From contig CAJINV010000008.1 of the NCBI GenBank assembly GCA_905178155.1, forward strand, positions 3,993,420-4,057,419: DNA of 64,000 bases, in the 5' to 3' direction. Positions 1-13,219 of this stretch are shown here, one piece after another. Position 1 is the first letter of the stretch, and every line of letters starts with the position of its first letter. The translations under genes were made by a program, and so were the position numbers. The stretch comes from Amoebophrya sp. A120. Its lineage: Eukaryota; Protista; Dinoflagellata. The notes beneath the pieces were generated by a model that was given only the letters and a program-made list of their open reading frames with translations, did not search any database and had not been told where the DNA came from.

Positions 1-2070
1 AGTACTTGAACAAGTACAACGACATTGTGGACGACTACATACAAGATTGGCTTCCGAACGCGCACGCACTAAACCTTCACAACGACTGCGAGCTGCAGCA
101 GGTGGCCTTCAAGTGCATCACCATAGCGGAAAATCTATCCCAGTGCACAAGCAGAGCGAATCAACAACATCCCCACTCCGATCTCGTCCGCGTCATTTTC
201 TTGTCGTGCTACAACTAGACAGGAACCAGGGTCATTCCAGCTCGTGGTCGTGGTGGTCATATTTTTTATCGTTCTCGGCATTAATTACTTAGCATTGTGA
301 TTTTGTTTGCATGACATGCCCTTGGCAATGAGAGGGAGCAGGGGGCAAGTCCAAGTTCAGCTTGTGCAATTGAATACAATCAAGATGCCGACCACGAGGT
401 GGTGTTAAGCGACGGAAGAGCAATAAAACTAATCCCGGGGACGACTTACAAGGTATGTCGAGTTGTATTTGAAAGTTCAATTTTCTACGTAGCACTAGCA
501 CCCCCGGTATACAATTCGCACTCGCAGGTTGTCCTCGAGGTCCAGATTAGGCGGGTCTTGTTTACTCGATCACAGTCGTGCGCAGTCAAAATCACGCAGA
601 AGAAAGGCGTAACATTGGCTAAGAACAAACCGAAATATAACCGCAGGTGCGCACGGAAGATGCGGAATTGCTGATCAAAGACAAAGTAGCAGTTTTGGCC
701 AAGGGTTATCCAGGTCTGAATTATGAACTCCACCTCCGACTCTTCATTATAATTTGCAACGAGTGAATAGAGTTAGAGGATCTCTCGAGCACCAGCGAGC
801 GTCAGAAACACGTAGCTTAGCCCTCCTTCTGGACATTTATTTTGGTGACTCGATGCATAGAGCCACGGCACGGTACTGGTTCAGGTGCTGGCACTGACTG
901 TAGCTTGTCATGGAGATCAGAAACGGACAGCATGGGCTCCGTCACAACACCAACAGCAAGATAAGCTGTAGTCTGATTTTTTTAGCATGTTGTGGTTGAT
1001 CTTGATCGTCGTGATCTATAAATCGAATGTGGGGGGCGAGGTGGACTACATCGGGTTGCGCAATGTTATAACCGCGCCGGCGCCAACACGACCGCGAAAA
1101 ACATCACTCCGTTTGGGAAGTACGGAAATTGAACTTGGTGTCCTGCCGCTTCAAGGTGGAGCAGGACAAAAAATTACAAGTGCAAAATATGCTCGCATTG
1201 GTGGACTACTAGGTAGCCTTTGGATTTGTTTGGTTCGCCTGGTTCGTGTGGTCGTGCGCCTTCGCATGGCTGTTCATCTGCTGCTGGGCTGGCGTATAAT
1301 CGACGATTGTTCCTTCCAACATCCGCGTAGGTGGTCCTCGTGGTGGAATTTTTGACAGGACCAACAAATCACCTCTAATCTCGTGTTCTTGCAGCTTTGG
1401 ATTTCATCCGTACTAGCAAGGATGGATCTTGCTGCGGCGCACAACAAGACATACACCGAAGCTCCTGTTTACTTGCGCTTGATCCCGGTGCATGTTGGAA
1501 GCACGCGGCCAAGAGGAGTACAAACAGGTAAGACGGAGAGGACCAGTAAGAGGATCTACTTAGGTGGAAAAACAAGACGAGACTTCTCAACAAACTTGTT
1601 TGCTACAGCTCCTCCAAAGAAGATCGCCTTTGTAGTAGACTCCGACGTCGAGAAGTTCGTCTCCGGGAAGTTTCCCATCCCGGCTCGGCGATTCGCCAAA
1701 AGTAGTATCAACAAGAACGCAATAAAGGATACCAGGGAAGTGATGGGGCTCGTGATCTTCTCTGAGAGTCTTCTCTTGTGGCAGGGGTTCTTTCAGAGCG
1801 CGTTCGTGTATGCTGTATCACGGAGCGACCTAAAAGTAGCAGTGAGAAAAATAAACCAAGAGCTCCTATGGTAATGTCGAGCAATGGTCCATAATTATTC
1901 CAACATTATGCGATTGCAAATCGAGACGGTGACGGAGACCGTCTTCTAGCGCCAGCATCAAGTCGCAGTAGAACGAGAAAAAGAATCACTGAAAATAAAG
2001 ACCGCAGCTATTTTACACATAAAAACAAGCTTGACGACTCGTTGCCGTTGGACGACCTCCACCATCTACG

Positions 2071-5000
2071 ATGGGCAACGAGCTTTCCAACGGACCTTCG
2101 CAGTATGGCGGCTCCGCAACCTCCGGTGTGGTCGATGCAGTTTTGCAGTTTAACGACCTACGGGACTGGCTAAATCCACAGGATGAAGATCTCCAAGTAC
2201 CGCCTTATCCCGTCGGAGGACGGACTGCCTCTTCGTCCTCAACCGCAGTGGGAGTCACCCCGACAAGTGCGACAGCTAGTATCCCACCGAGCTTCACCGC
2301 CTACGTTTCTGTCGACAATTCGCCCGAAGTGCCGCTCCACCGGGGTGCCGACCCTTTGTGGGTCAAGTTGACGCTGAGAAGCATAGTGCAGATACGCATC
2401 GTTGCGACAATAACGTCAGGTGGATCTCCACAGATGATAACCCAGCAAAGGACCGTCGGAGTGTGCCATGTGCCCGTTGCAAAAGTGGAGCAGCGGAGAC
2501 TCGGTATAATGAAGATGAACTAGAATCGATCCTATTTTTTATACAATGAAAGTAGAATCGAGCCAGCACCAGCTGCACACGACCTTTTGTCTTCAAGAGT
2601 AGAAGACCCTACAAAATATATGAAGAACTCAAAGCAATTCAACTGTCTCGCCCCTCGCCTTGAAATCAAAAAAAAAGTCGAACTCCAAAGGTATGGTTCT
2701 CTATCACACCTGGCTTCTTCTCGAACAGCCGCAGGGAGTCCGTAGTACGATCGAGGACCAATTTGAAAACTCTCTCTACAACATCGGTAAGTTCCTGCAG
2801 CAGCCCAAAATCTGCATCACCTTAGCTGCCAAGGAAGAGTACAGCTTGATCGCGAAAAGTGGGGGAATCTACCCGTTGCTTGAGGACGTGGATCATGGAG
2901 GTGGAACGAGCGAACTGGACATGATGATCGCCAGCAGTGGAGCTTCTAGCGGAGCAACTGGGACGAGCTCCTTCTACGGTGGGGCTGGCGGTGGAACAAG
3001 TATGACGACACCTGCAACCTCTTTGACGTCGTTGACGGCGAAAAAAGCCCGTCGCTACCACTCCGTCCTCCACTCCCACTTTCAGCACCTCCAGCTCTGT
3101 CAGGGCTATTACCAGAAATACCTGTCCGAGCGCAAAGCGAATTATAGTGCTAAGGCCGCGGGCGGGAGGGGGTCTTTTGCCAACGAGTATGATAGCCAAC
3201 TACCTGGTGGAGTACCAAGTGGCGTGGCCGCTGCAACAGCGGAGGCCAGCGCGCTGTTGGACCAGATGATATGTATAATTTTTTTCTCGAAAGGAAAATA
3301 AAGAAACATGATGCGCGTACTTACATAGGTCGTTGTCCTGCATGGCAAAAATACCGCTTTTCTTTGCGTCAAGTTACAGTGTTCTTGTGCTCGACTTCTA
3401 CTAGCAGCGGAACTTCTGGTGCGCGACGACTTGTCACGTAGCTTGTTGTACCCTATCAAATCTACAGGGCAGCAGCAGCAGCAGCAAGGCAGTCAGCCAA
3501 CAGCGACCACCACAACGGCCACCGCGAACTCAAGCAAGGAACGGGAAATGTTGATATGCAATTATGATTATGAAGTGCCACCACGTACAAAAGTCTTTCT
3601 GTATCTGTACTACCACCGACCCCGAGGTTGTTGCTGCATGACGTCAAAACCAAAGAAGGGGAACACAACTGCAAACTGGCGCACGTCGTCAAGTAGATTT
3701 GGTTGTACATTCTCTCCAATAGCGGTAGCAAGGTACATCCTGCACCAGAATTGGGAACAATGGGTCAGCGGACGACCTGGGGGACCACATCAAGATGAGA
3801 GTAAGTCGTGGTACTCTGGATGTTTCCATTCTATACTTGTTGGGCCAACAGCAATCCTATGAGCAGCAACTTGCGCAGCTGCGCACGACCGTCAGCGAAC
3901 TCGGAGAGCAGAAACACACCCTGGCACTAGAGCACGACAAGAAAAAATCTGAGTTGTTGGCCGAGATACACACGTTGCGGACTAGTGTGGCTCAGCTGCA
4001 GGAGGTCGTTAACGAAAAATCTTCGTCTGACGCCGCCAAAAACGGGGGCGGCGCGACGCAGATTATTAACGGACGCGCTAGCACTTCTACGGGCGGGTCC
4101 AATGCGGAGCAAGCACAGAACGCGTTGGATCCGCAGCGACAGCAAGAAACTATTAATCGCCTGCAGCAAGAGACCAGAAACATCACACGACAAGCCACTA
4201 TTCGCCGTGAACAAGAATTGGCTACTTTCCTTGTTCAACTCGTGCTCTCATGTCAACTTCATCTGGTGCCTCGTCTCTGCCTCCGGTTCTTAGTTGAAAT
4301 CAGTTTTTTTATGCGTGTATAATGGACACGTCGCATTGTGCCTGTGCGGTAACAAAGAAAGTAGTGCAACTTCAGTTTTTGTCACGCATTCGCGACGAGC
4401 GTATCGACAAAGCGAACGATACTATCCGGCTGCTGCGGTCCCAGGCGAAGGGGTTGCAGGAAAAGGTAAAGTTACAAGCAGCCGAAATTGCGACGTTGAA
4501 AGGCGGTGGAACAGGTGCGGCAACTTTGACTACACCATCGGGTATGTTCATTTTTCTGCGAGTGGTAGGTCTAGTAGGGTGGCGCTGGCGTCGTGGTTCG
4601 TCGAGGTGATGTCGTCGTGTGGCTAGGAGAAAGCAAAAAATTACGAATACAATTACTCATCCTCTCTGACTCTGTCTTCTACGTCGACAAGTTTAGGTTT
4701 TCTTCAACTTGAACCCAGAAGTACATACTAATTTTGTCTGCGGCTGAGAAATTCAAAAATTCACTTTTGCGACGCCGTGGAGCCACTTGTGTCTCTGTCA
4801 GCTCGCATATAGCGTCACGCCTTCTGTCTTTTCGTGTGATCAATTAGGAGAGGCGCTGAAACATTAGCGCCAGATCGTAACGCGGCGCGCAATACACCCT
4901 GAAAGCATGGCCGCTTTTGGCGGTGTTTGACATGCTCCCCAGGTCCACCAAAAGTGGCCAGCGCAAAGCCAGCCGGGGCTCAGGGGAGGGGTCCAAGGGG

Positions 5001-5812
5001 GGCACCCCTGCCGGAGCCGCAGAAGAATTTGCGCAAATCGTCAAACGCCATTGGTAATTGCCGATTTCGGGCCTTGCGCAAATTCTTCTGCGGCCCCACC
5101 CTCCGACCCCCCCGGGGACCCCGTCTCGCACCGGACTGTTCTGCCGGAGTCCCACAACTGGGCCACCCGAAGTACGGGGAGCCGGGCGGGCCGGGGTAGG
5201 AAGGTAGAAACGCGAGAACCGGACCACGGCCAGCTACCGCGGGCGAGGTGCTTTCCGCTGGCGGCGTCCCTGCTCAGCACCACTGCAACCTCCGAGGCCA
5301 CCGGGACTGGGACAGCCCAGCCTACTTTGCCGCTACGCCCAAAAATAAAATTTTTGAATTTTTCAGCCGCAGACAAAATTCACGTTGGTAGTACAAGGAC
5401 GCGATTCATTTCATTTGATCTCCTGAACAAGATAAGTGGAAACAAAAATTTCACAGCCAGCGCGACGAATCTCCAATTGGCCGAGGAAAATCGGAAACTC
5501 CAGGAGGTTTTGGCGCAGGAGCGAACGTATGAACTGCAAAATTATCGTACTAGTATATATAAATTGCATTACAAATTGGCTTAGCATTGCAAATGTAATT
5601 TGTGATGCGGATTTCCCTTGATTACTAGATTTGTAATGCATGACTGCGATTAGTACGAGTGCGATACTTTTGCACAGGATAGAACGAAAAAAGAGGAACT
5701 GATGACGATCGTTTCTTCACTGTATTCCGAAGTACAGCCCGCACTTAACCCGGTCATGTCCACAACCAGCTCGACCGGTGATATCCAGCTGAATTTTTTT
5801 TGCAAAAAATAA
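2071..5812 (+). CDS. Multi-exon hypothetical protein: possible N-myristoylation site (MGNELS), C2-like beta region and C-terminal coiled coil
   Basis: Exons join in frame via GT-AG introns 2504-2690, 3273-3467 and 4542-5456, a degenerate element at 3555-3835, an unresolved junction at ~4199-4395 and the introner at 5528-5681. Stop TAA at 5810-5812; the 3' end is uncertain. Confidence 0.6.
3555..3835. mobile_element. Degenerate TAT...ATA introner
   Basis: gttga|TATG...TATA|cttgt (repeat 3/5). Removing it plus 5 nt gives in-frame MLMGQQQSYEQ. The TIR is mostly eroded. Confidence 0.4.
4730..5380. mobile_element. MITE-like element nested in a GT-AG intron
   Basis: 32-bp TIR aattttgtctgcggctgagaaattcaaaaatt vs aatttttgaatttttcagccgcagacaaaatt (31/32); GC-rich interior with no credible ORF. 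Confidence 0.75.
5528..5681. mobile_element. Introner family B
   Basis: gaacg|tatgaactgcaaaattatcg...cgatacttttgcacaggata|gaacg; restores ERTKKEEL. Confidence 0.9.
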
Positions 5813-7535
5813 TAGATACGTCTGGGCCTTCTGGAAATTCAAATAAAGCTGTTGACTTAGTTCTTACTGCCGAAAACTAAATAAACGTGAAAAGTTTGTC
5901 AACAAGTGCAAGAAGCATGAGGCGAAGCGCGATCATTATGCCGTTGCAACCTGCAGAAATATTACATTTGGCCTTTTCATCTTCCAGACAACTCAGATAC
6001 GATACAAAAAAGTATTTGCAATCCGGATAACTGGCGAGCAGGCGCAATTTGAGAAGATGTTGCCGTCTCCAGCCGAAATGGCCAGATCAATTGCAGGGGT
6101 GGCCGCGACCTAGCGATCTGAAGCTGAACCAGAATCGCCACTACAGCGGACAATGATTTTTTTGGAGGGGAGGATTCAATTGGAATTGCGCTCATCAGGA
6201 TTTCCTATCCAGGTAGCTGCATCGACGCAACTACGTTCGTTGAAAGGAGCCTCGTGGGGGTCGTGGTCCCGCCACTGATGTTACTGTACTAGGGCTCGTG
6301 ATAGACCAGGAAATGGAAAAGGAAAACCCAATTTAAACTCACCTTGTATGATGATGTCAAAAAAAAACCACACACCTAAACTTCTATACGCTTAGAACTA
6401 CGCAACTGTATCGTGTTTTTCTTCGCTTCATTTTTTAGCCTTGGATTAACGCCTTGCTTTATTCTTCCCTGACTCTGTAAGATGGTGATAAAGGTAGTAC
6501 CGAGAACATCATATGCCATCAAACCTTGTACTATCTTTCTAAAACTAAAAAATCTATGGTCTTCTTCTGTGTGCCGCCTCTTGCGGTTGTACAACAGATG
6601 CAAAAGCGAAATGTACCTCATACTCATGTACAAAACGCAATTTGATGAACTTTCTAAGGCTAAGGAGCATATGTAAGCACAAAAAGTGCTGATAAACCGG
6701 CTGAGTCAGGCGGAGGCACTATTTGACAGTGAGAACTTCCCAGCGCTAAAAAAAGTAGCTCGTCGACCTCGTCTTCTGAGTCGGTCATCTCACTGTCTCT
6801 CTCGTAGTTTTCGTGCACCTAACGACCACATGCTTTTGTTTGAGTTCCGTCATCATCGCTCGTTCGTCATTTTTTAGCCCGTCGTCCGCTCCAAGTCAGT
6901 GAATTCGGTATTGCAGCGTTGTTGCAGTACCAGCAGTTGCGTTTATTCGTACAACTTCGTCGTCCAAAAGGTACAGGGTACAAGTACGACATCGTCATCT
7001 TGGTCGCAAGAAAATTTCACTTTGAATGATGCTTCTTGTTCGTGCAATAATTTCTAGTTTCGTGATGTTAAATGATGTCCCATGACGCGTGCCTTTGCTG
7101 AGCCCTGAGCCCGAGAACAAGTCTAGTTGTAATTGCTCAAAACGATGAAAAGCAATCAGAAGTCGGTCCTACTTGAAGGCGAGGCGGCAATATAGCACGA
7201 CGATCTAGTATGGAGCTTAAAATATCATAAAGGTTAAGGTCGTGAATTTGTCGCACGTCGATAGCTTGTTATGTAGATAGAAACAGCACTAAAAAATCCG
7301 CTTACTTTTCCTTCCCGACAGCGCAGTTCTACTCCCAAGAAGCCTTCATATCGTTCCCGCACAAGAATAAAAACTTGATTTGAAAAACCACGCATTGCTG
7401 GCGACACCCTTGCTCGCTTGTGCGCCTAGTAGCCCCCAGCATCTACTTCATCATCGTCCCCAGTGGAGCAACATCATTTATTTTGCGTTCTTTGCTCCTT
7501 GTGTCCTTTGTTTCGTTAACCACGCCACATCAAAA

Positions 7536-8731
7536 ATGAAGGAGGACCGCGGACTGCAGGTCGACACGACCGGGGAGCAGCCCCTTTTCGTGCGCGACTT
7601 CCACACCCCCGCGAACGCCCGGCCGGGGATGTTATCCCCATTAAACGCCCGCGGGCCGTATTCCCCGGTGCCCACGCACCTGCGGAAGCAGTACGTGGAG
7701 AAGATGTACGAGATTTTTCAACTGGCGGACGAAACCCACAGCGGCGTGGCGGAGCTGAAAAAGTGCCTCCACATCGCGGAGCACCAGTTTGCCAAGGAGG
7801 TGGTCACGCTGAACCACGAGCACTACGCGTTCAGCTACGAGAAGCTGTTGACCTTCGACGAGTTCATGATCATCGCGGACGAGGTCATCCCCATGCGGGA
7901 GCTGTACTTTTTCGTCATTTCCGGCGACCTGTTTGACGACCGCGACGAAAAGGTGGAGGAAATCACCTCGGGCCTCGCCCACGTGCCGGAGAAGGAGCAC
8001 GCGGAGCTCGTGAAAAACGCGGCGCCGCTCACGAAAAGCGGCAAGGAGAAGCTCGTGAAAGTAAGCATCGAGGACCTGTCCGCCCTGCCCTTGCACTACG
8101 GCGTGGAGAGGTACGACTGCGCAAAGTGTGGAATCACCGCCGAAAACATGATGGCGAACTGTATATTTTTCTTGTGTTTTCCCTTTTCCTTTTCTTTTCT
8201 TGACAGTATCATGACGTATCGACTCGCAGCGATGCCGAAGCCGATGCTCTGCACAGTCACTTGTTTTTGTCAGTGAAGTGCTTGCTCGCGTGACCAAGGT
8301 GGCACGACATAATTGTTTCCCCAACATGTACAAGATTCAATTTCTTTGATCTAGCGCCCTTCGGCATCAGAGTCAGCCGAGACAAAGATATCATTATCAA
8401 AGAAGAAAACTACCTGTATCTCGATCAACATAATTTTCAAAGCAAGGACTACTTCATCTATGTCTATCCGAAACAATAAATCTACTACTTTTCAGATTGC
8501 TATGTGGGCATGCAGTCTGGGGAGGTGTTGTGCTCTATTTGCGGTAGCGTGGACCAAGGGAACCGCCTAAACCACAGTATGGCCGTGAAGCAAACGGAGC
8601 GTCGGTCCCGACCGGTGAAGCCCACCTTTATGCCGCCCTACTTGGTTGGCTACCTGACGCCGGCCGAGGTGAAGGCCGAGAAGCGAAAGGGGAGGAACAA
8701 ACCCGCAATGATCTTCACGGCGCAGTCGTGA
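7536..8731 (+). CDS. Hypothetical protein with degenerate EF-hand-like helices and a CxxC...CxxC zinc-finger-like motif
   Basis: Exons 7536-8160 and 8496-8731 with GT-AG intron 8161-8495; spliced YDCAKCG...NYCYVGMQSGEVLCSICG; strong GC3 codon bias. Confidence 0.7.
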
Positions 8732-10222
8732 GCAGGAGTAGCTGCTACTAGTGTCCCACCTCTATCTAATATGCTGTGACTAACTACACTTGCACTTGCA
8801 CTAGCACCACCACCACGTACAGCATGATAATACAAATTTAACTACGGCTGTGAACAGGATATCCTCCTGGTCGTGTACTAGTGTGAACTTTTCAATGAAC
8901 TGGTGCTGCAGGTCGACGTTCTTTTGTACAAGTATCTAACCTGTGTGGCATAGAAATTTATCGTACCTCAAGCTGAACAAGTACCTAGTAGAGTGTCATC
9001 TTCAATAAAAATGTTTTTGATTCTGCAAACTTCTCCCCCCGTTCCGTTCCGATCCTGAGATGTTGGTACCCCCAGCGTCATCCGATACAGTCGCAAGTTC
9101 AAAAAAGTTGACCTGAAAAAGATCCTCAGCAGTGCAGCATGATGAACGCACATCATCATAGTACATCAAACAAACATAGCATTATGACGAAACCTCGCAG
9201 AGAATGAGAAACGAGGCACTCAAGAAATAAACTGTCAGCATGTTTGGCAGGTGGCACTGTCCAGAATAAATACCAGAAAGGTCAGTGTGAACTGATTACT
9301 TCGAAGCGAAGACCTTCACATTGTCGTTTGTCCGCTCCTTCGTTCCATATGTGTCGACGTTCGTGTCGTTTGTCCGCTTTATTTCGTATTCGTTCCCTCT
9401 TTCTTCATACTGCTTCGCAAAGGATAAGGAAGCTAGTCAAAAATAAAATGAACCACGGTAAAAATCGTAGTAGTGCAACTCGTCGTCCAAAATGAATGTC
9501 CCCACCAGCTCGTGTTCGGTTCGTTCTTTTTATGAACGTAGATGAAAAGCTGTCGTCGTTCTTACCGTGCCGCCAGATTACTAGACAAAAAAAGAGCACT
9601 TTGACTTTTCTTTATCGGTGGTGTTGAAGTGCAAAAGTCGTACTCTAGTCGGTGCAAGCAGACGAGTTGTAAGTACTAATATCGGTGCTGCTCCTCTAGA
9701 AGTCGTAGTACGTAGAAGTAGTAGCACCGATAACAAAAATAAATGCATTTGAAGAATTCAGAAAGTCAAAATGACTGATCTTCTTGCTATTTTCATCCAC
9801 TCTCCACCAGGACTTCACCATGCTTTTGAAATACTCACTGTATACTCCAAAAATAAATGCCAACGAAAATCAAAAACCCGGTAGCATGACTTTACCAAGA
9901 GCAGGCACGATGTACCTCTTATTGTGACGAAACTCTAGAAATATACTTCTCTCAACCGTGGCATTCGTCATGCTATGTGAGCAACGGTAGACGAAGGCAG
10001 TACCAGAAAGAGCTACGCGGCACATTTTGACCGACGATACATACAATACAAATACTTGTTGGTGCAATAAGTTTTTAAGTTTGTTGGCATTCGTTTCAAA
10101 TTGTGATCTTCATTCCTCATTGCTTCCGGTGTGCGGCCCCGAGGAAGAAGAAATCCAAAAACTAAATATTTTTGTGTCGCTCGAATAAGTACATGGGGAG
10201 CTAAACCTTCATCACCAAATCG

Positions 10223-12203
10223 ATGGACGGCAACAACAATATCCGGCAGCCGCCCCCTGCGGCCGCAGGGGGCAGTGGATCCGGAGCTCCTGCAGGTTCT
10301 TCTACTTCCGCCCCGTCCCCTCGCACGACCAATGAGTTGCCGAAGCCGCTGATAAAAACGACCGACCCCGAGTCCGTTTTCTTCACGGACGCCTTCAACG
10401 AGTCGAAGCGGTTGTGGGAGATCTTTTTCATGGGCAAGATGGTGCTCGGGATCCAGTCGCTGATCGACAAGGAATTGGAGGGGGACGACCACGGGTTCTT
10501 CCTGCTTTTCCTCAAATACGACCTCAACCTGAACGGCACGCTGTCCGTGGACGAGATAGCGGAGATGCTGCACGAGTACGGAATCGACCAAAAAGCAACC
10601 GCTAAGGCGCTGGTATGTGACTTGGTTTTATTTGCGATGCAAGTGCAACAAAGTCAAATCTTGTTCAACAGGTTGAGGTTCATACCCGCTAATCATCTAC
10701 TTCATTATTCTCCATAATAGTAAAAGCAACATTCACTGCATGGCGCATCTGGTATAGCAAGATGAAGCTCCTTCGTGCGCGGGGTTTTATTACTCTCTTC
10801 TGTCCCTCCGGATCCTCATTTCTTGTTCCTTTGTGATGAAATAACCTTTAACAAATTTGAATTCCGCAGGCCCGCAGCATCGAGCCAGACGACCCGGAGA
10901 ATGTGGAATTTGTAGATTTTCTGCGGTGGTTCGAGACCAATGGGAAGAACCACCAGGCCTTCGAGCAGGTCGGGTTTCGGATCACGGACAGCGCCGCGAA
11001 ATTGCTTGGCACGAGCCTGATAGCTCCGATCACGGATCGGGTAAAGACGAACCTGAGTCGGGAGCAGCTGAAACAGTTATGCATTGCAAATATGTCTGGG
11101 TCTGGAACAAACTTGTGTTGCTGAAGCTTGCATTGTAGAGTAGCCGCATGTACGGCATAACAGCATGAGACATTTTGCGACTCATTCGCAGATTCATTCG
11201 TAAAACGCATCACAAACTACTGGCCGCCAGCACGACAAAAAAACTGGCCCATCGCATTCACGCTTTACAGATCTCTCTGCCTTTCCAAATTCGCATGACA
11301 AATCCAGACCCAGACATATTTGCAATGCATAACAGTCTATCGTGAACTACCGCCAGCTGTACGCCATATGAGAGTGCACAACTCCGTCCCCCGCCCCCTC
11401 ATTTGTCATGCAAAATATCAAATCCACATCTTGGGTCTATGCACAGTTTGCATGAGAAATTTTGGAGCCTCAAACAGTACTACAGTCCGCGGTGTGCAGA
11501 TTTGTGATGCAGAAGCCACATTTTTGGCGTTGCTTGTGTTGCTGTTTATGCGATACAAATGAGGGGGAGGGGGGGTTGTGCACTGTGATACGCCAACCTC
11601 CGGATCTACAAGGCCAACCAGGCGTTTCGGCACTTGCCCGACGACCCGTTGGAGGAGATCAAAGTACTGTATTCTCTGATCAGCAAGGAGCTCTCCACGG
11701 AGAACGAGGCGCTGTTTAACCTGTTCGCGGAGCACGACAACGATCTGGACGGCAAGCTCGATAAGGACGAGCAGCGACAGATGTTCCGAAAGTTCGACAG
11801 TTCGGCCAGCGAGAACGAGATTTCCATTTACCTGAAGGAGGTGAACGCTGACCCGGTGCTGCAGTTTTTGGATTTCCTCGACTGGTGGGAGCAGTCCAAG
11901 ATCGTGCCGCAGTCGCTAGTGAGCAGGAAGAAACTGGCGAAGCAGCTGGCAAACAACCTGTTGACGACAACCTCGACCGCGAGTACCGTGGGGACCAACC
12001 TGCTGGCAAAAATCGGCGCGGACAACTTGTTCGGGAACCTGTTCGGGCACGAGTTGCGCAAAAAGTGGGAGGCCCTCGGGGCGGAGGACCTGATAAAACT
12101 CTCCGAGGTCTACAAAGTGCTCTACATCGACCTGAGGAATTATTCCATGGAGCACTACGTCGCGGAACTCGAAACCAGCATCTGCGGAAACGCGCTGCTG
12201 TAA
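10223..12203 (+). CDS. EF-hand calcium-binding protein with two repeated EF-hand pairs
   Basis: Exons 10223-10612, 10870-11077, 11337-11366 and 11596-12203. Loops DLNLNGTLSVDE and DNDLDGKLDKDE; repeated FVDFLRWF/FLDFLDWW. Confidence 0.85.
11078..11331. mobile_element. Introner family A
   Basis: acagt|tatgcattgcaaatatgtctgggtctgga...tccagacccagacatatttgcaatgcata|acagt; perfect 29-bp TIR. Confidence 0.95.
11367..11590. mobile_element. Introner family C
   Basis: cgcca|tatgagagtgcacaac...gttgtgcactgtgata|cgcca; restores YANLRIYK. Confidence 0.9.
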
Positions 12204-13219
12204 AATAAGTAAATCCTATAGTCGCTTTGGTTCTGGAAGTTGAAGAGAATTCATCCTTGACGCTCAAGAAATTTCTACATTGTTTCCCAGAACAAGTTTC
12301 TCTCGGACTGGTCGCACCACAGTAGTTTCGTGCCACAGGCGTGAGTCATACGAAGACTGCAAGATAGTAGTAGATAAATCCATCGGTGGCACCACTCACA
12401 TTTTGTTTCTTGCAGCAGCACCATCAGGCTTCTATTGCAGAAATGTATGAACCGACATGCCATTCTTTCTACCCCCTTCACCTTCTCCACAGAGTGTATA
12501 CATAGATATAGAAGAACAAGCAAGAAGATCCATCTACATGTCTGTATAGTTCTCTCCTACCCCGCCGGCGAGCTTTACCTTTGAAATGAACAAGCTAGAG
12601 CTACTATTTAGGCGTAGACGCGCGCGTCGTTTTGAGACCATAGCTTCTTGACATTTGTAGTTTGACGGCTTCTATCATGTGAGAGCGAGGAGGGGTGTTC
12701 TGCTTCTGACAAGCTCGTCTGTCAACCAAGATGTTGATGCTGAGAGTGAGAGGAGCTAGCAAATCAACCCAAAACCAAGGGGTGATGAAGATGTCGTGGA
12801 GGTGTAAGGTGATTGAGCAGCTTTTGTGGAGCATGGTCTCTCTGATCCTCATGGAGCGAGCCGTTGTGGGACTTCGTCTAGAGATGAATGCTATGTCTAT
12901 GAGTGTGATGAGCGAAATAAAAGCGATGGCCGAGATCGTGGTCGTGGACGAGAAAGACGAGCTTGAGAGAGAAGAAGCACGAGAGTTGTAGATTGAGAGT
13001 AGAAAACAGCAACGGAAATGAGGATGAAAAGAAATCCAGTGCCTTTTTTTCTTCTGTTACTTACTGTCCGCACACCATCCGTCGTCTTGAGTGTTGATGT
13101 TGCACGTTATTCGTATATCCTTTTAAGCTATGGAATTCAAATTATTTTTCACGTTCTTTCAGTACCTCTCACATCAAGCAAGCAAGACGTGAACAAAGCC
13201 TCAACATCTAACTATCAGT

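Noticed and set aside
1-1900. ORFs 987-1355 and 1383-1874
   Set aside because: No recognisable domain, codon bias or splice structure; cannot be supported as genes.
4199-4395. Possible very old introner in gene 1
   Set aside because: An intron is needed here, but the TIR and 5-bp repeat are too degraded to place boundaries.
12731-12991. 86-aa Met/Glu-rich ORF
   Set aside because: Purine-rich low-complexity intergenic tract with no supporting features.
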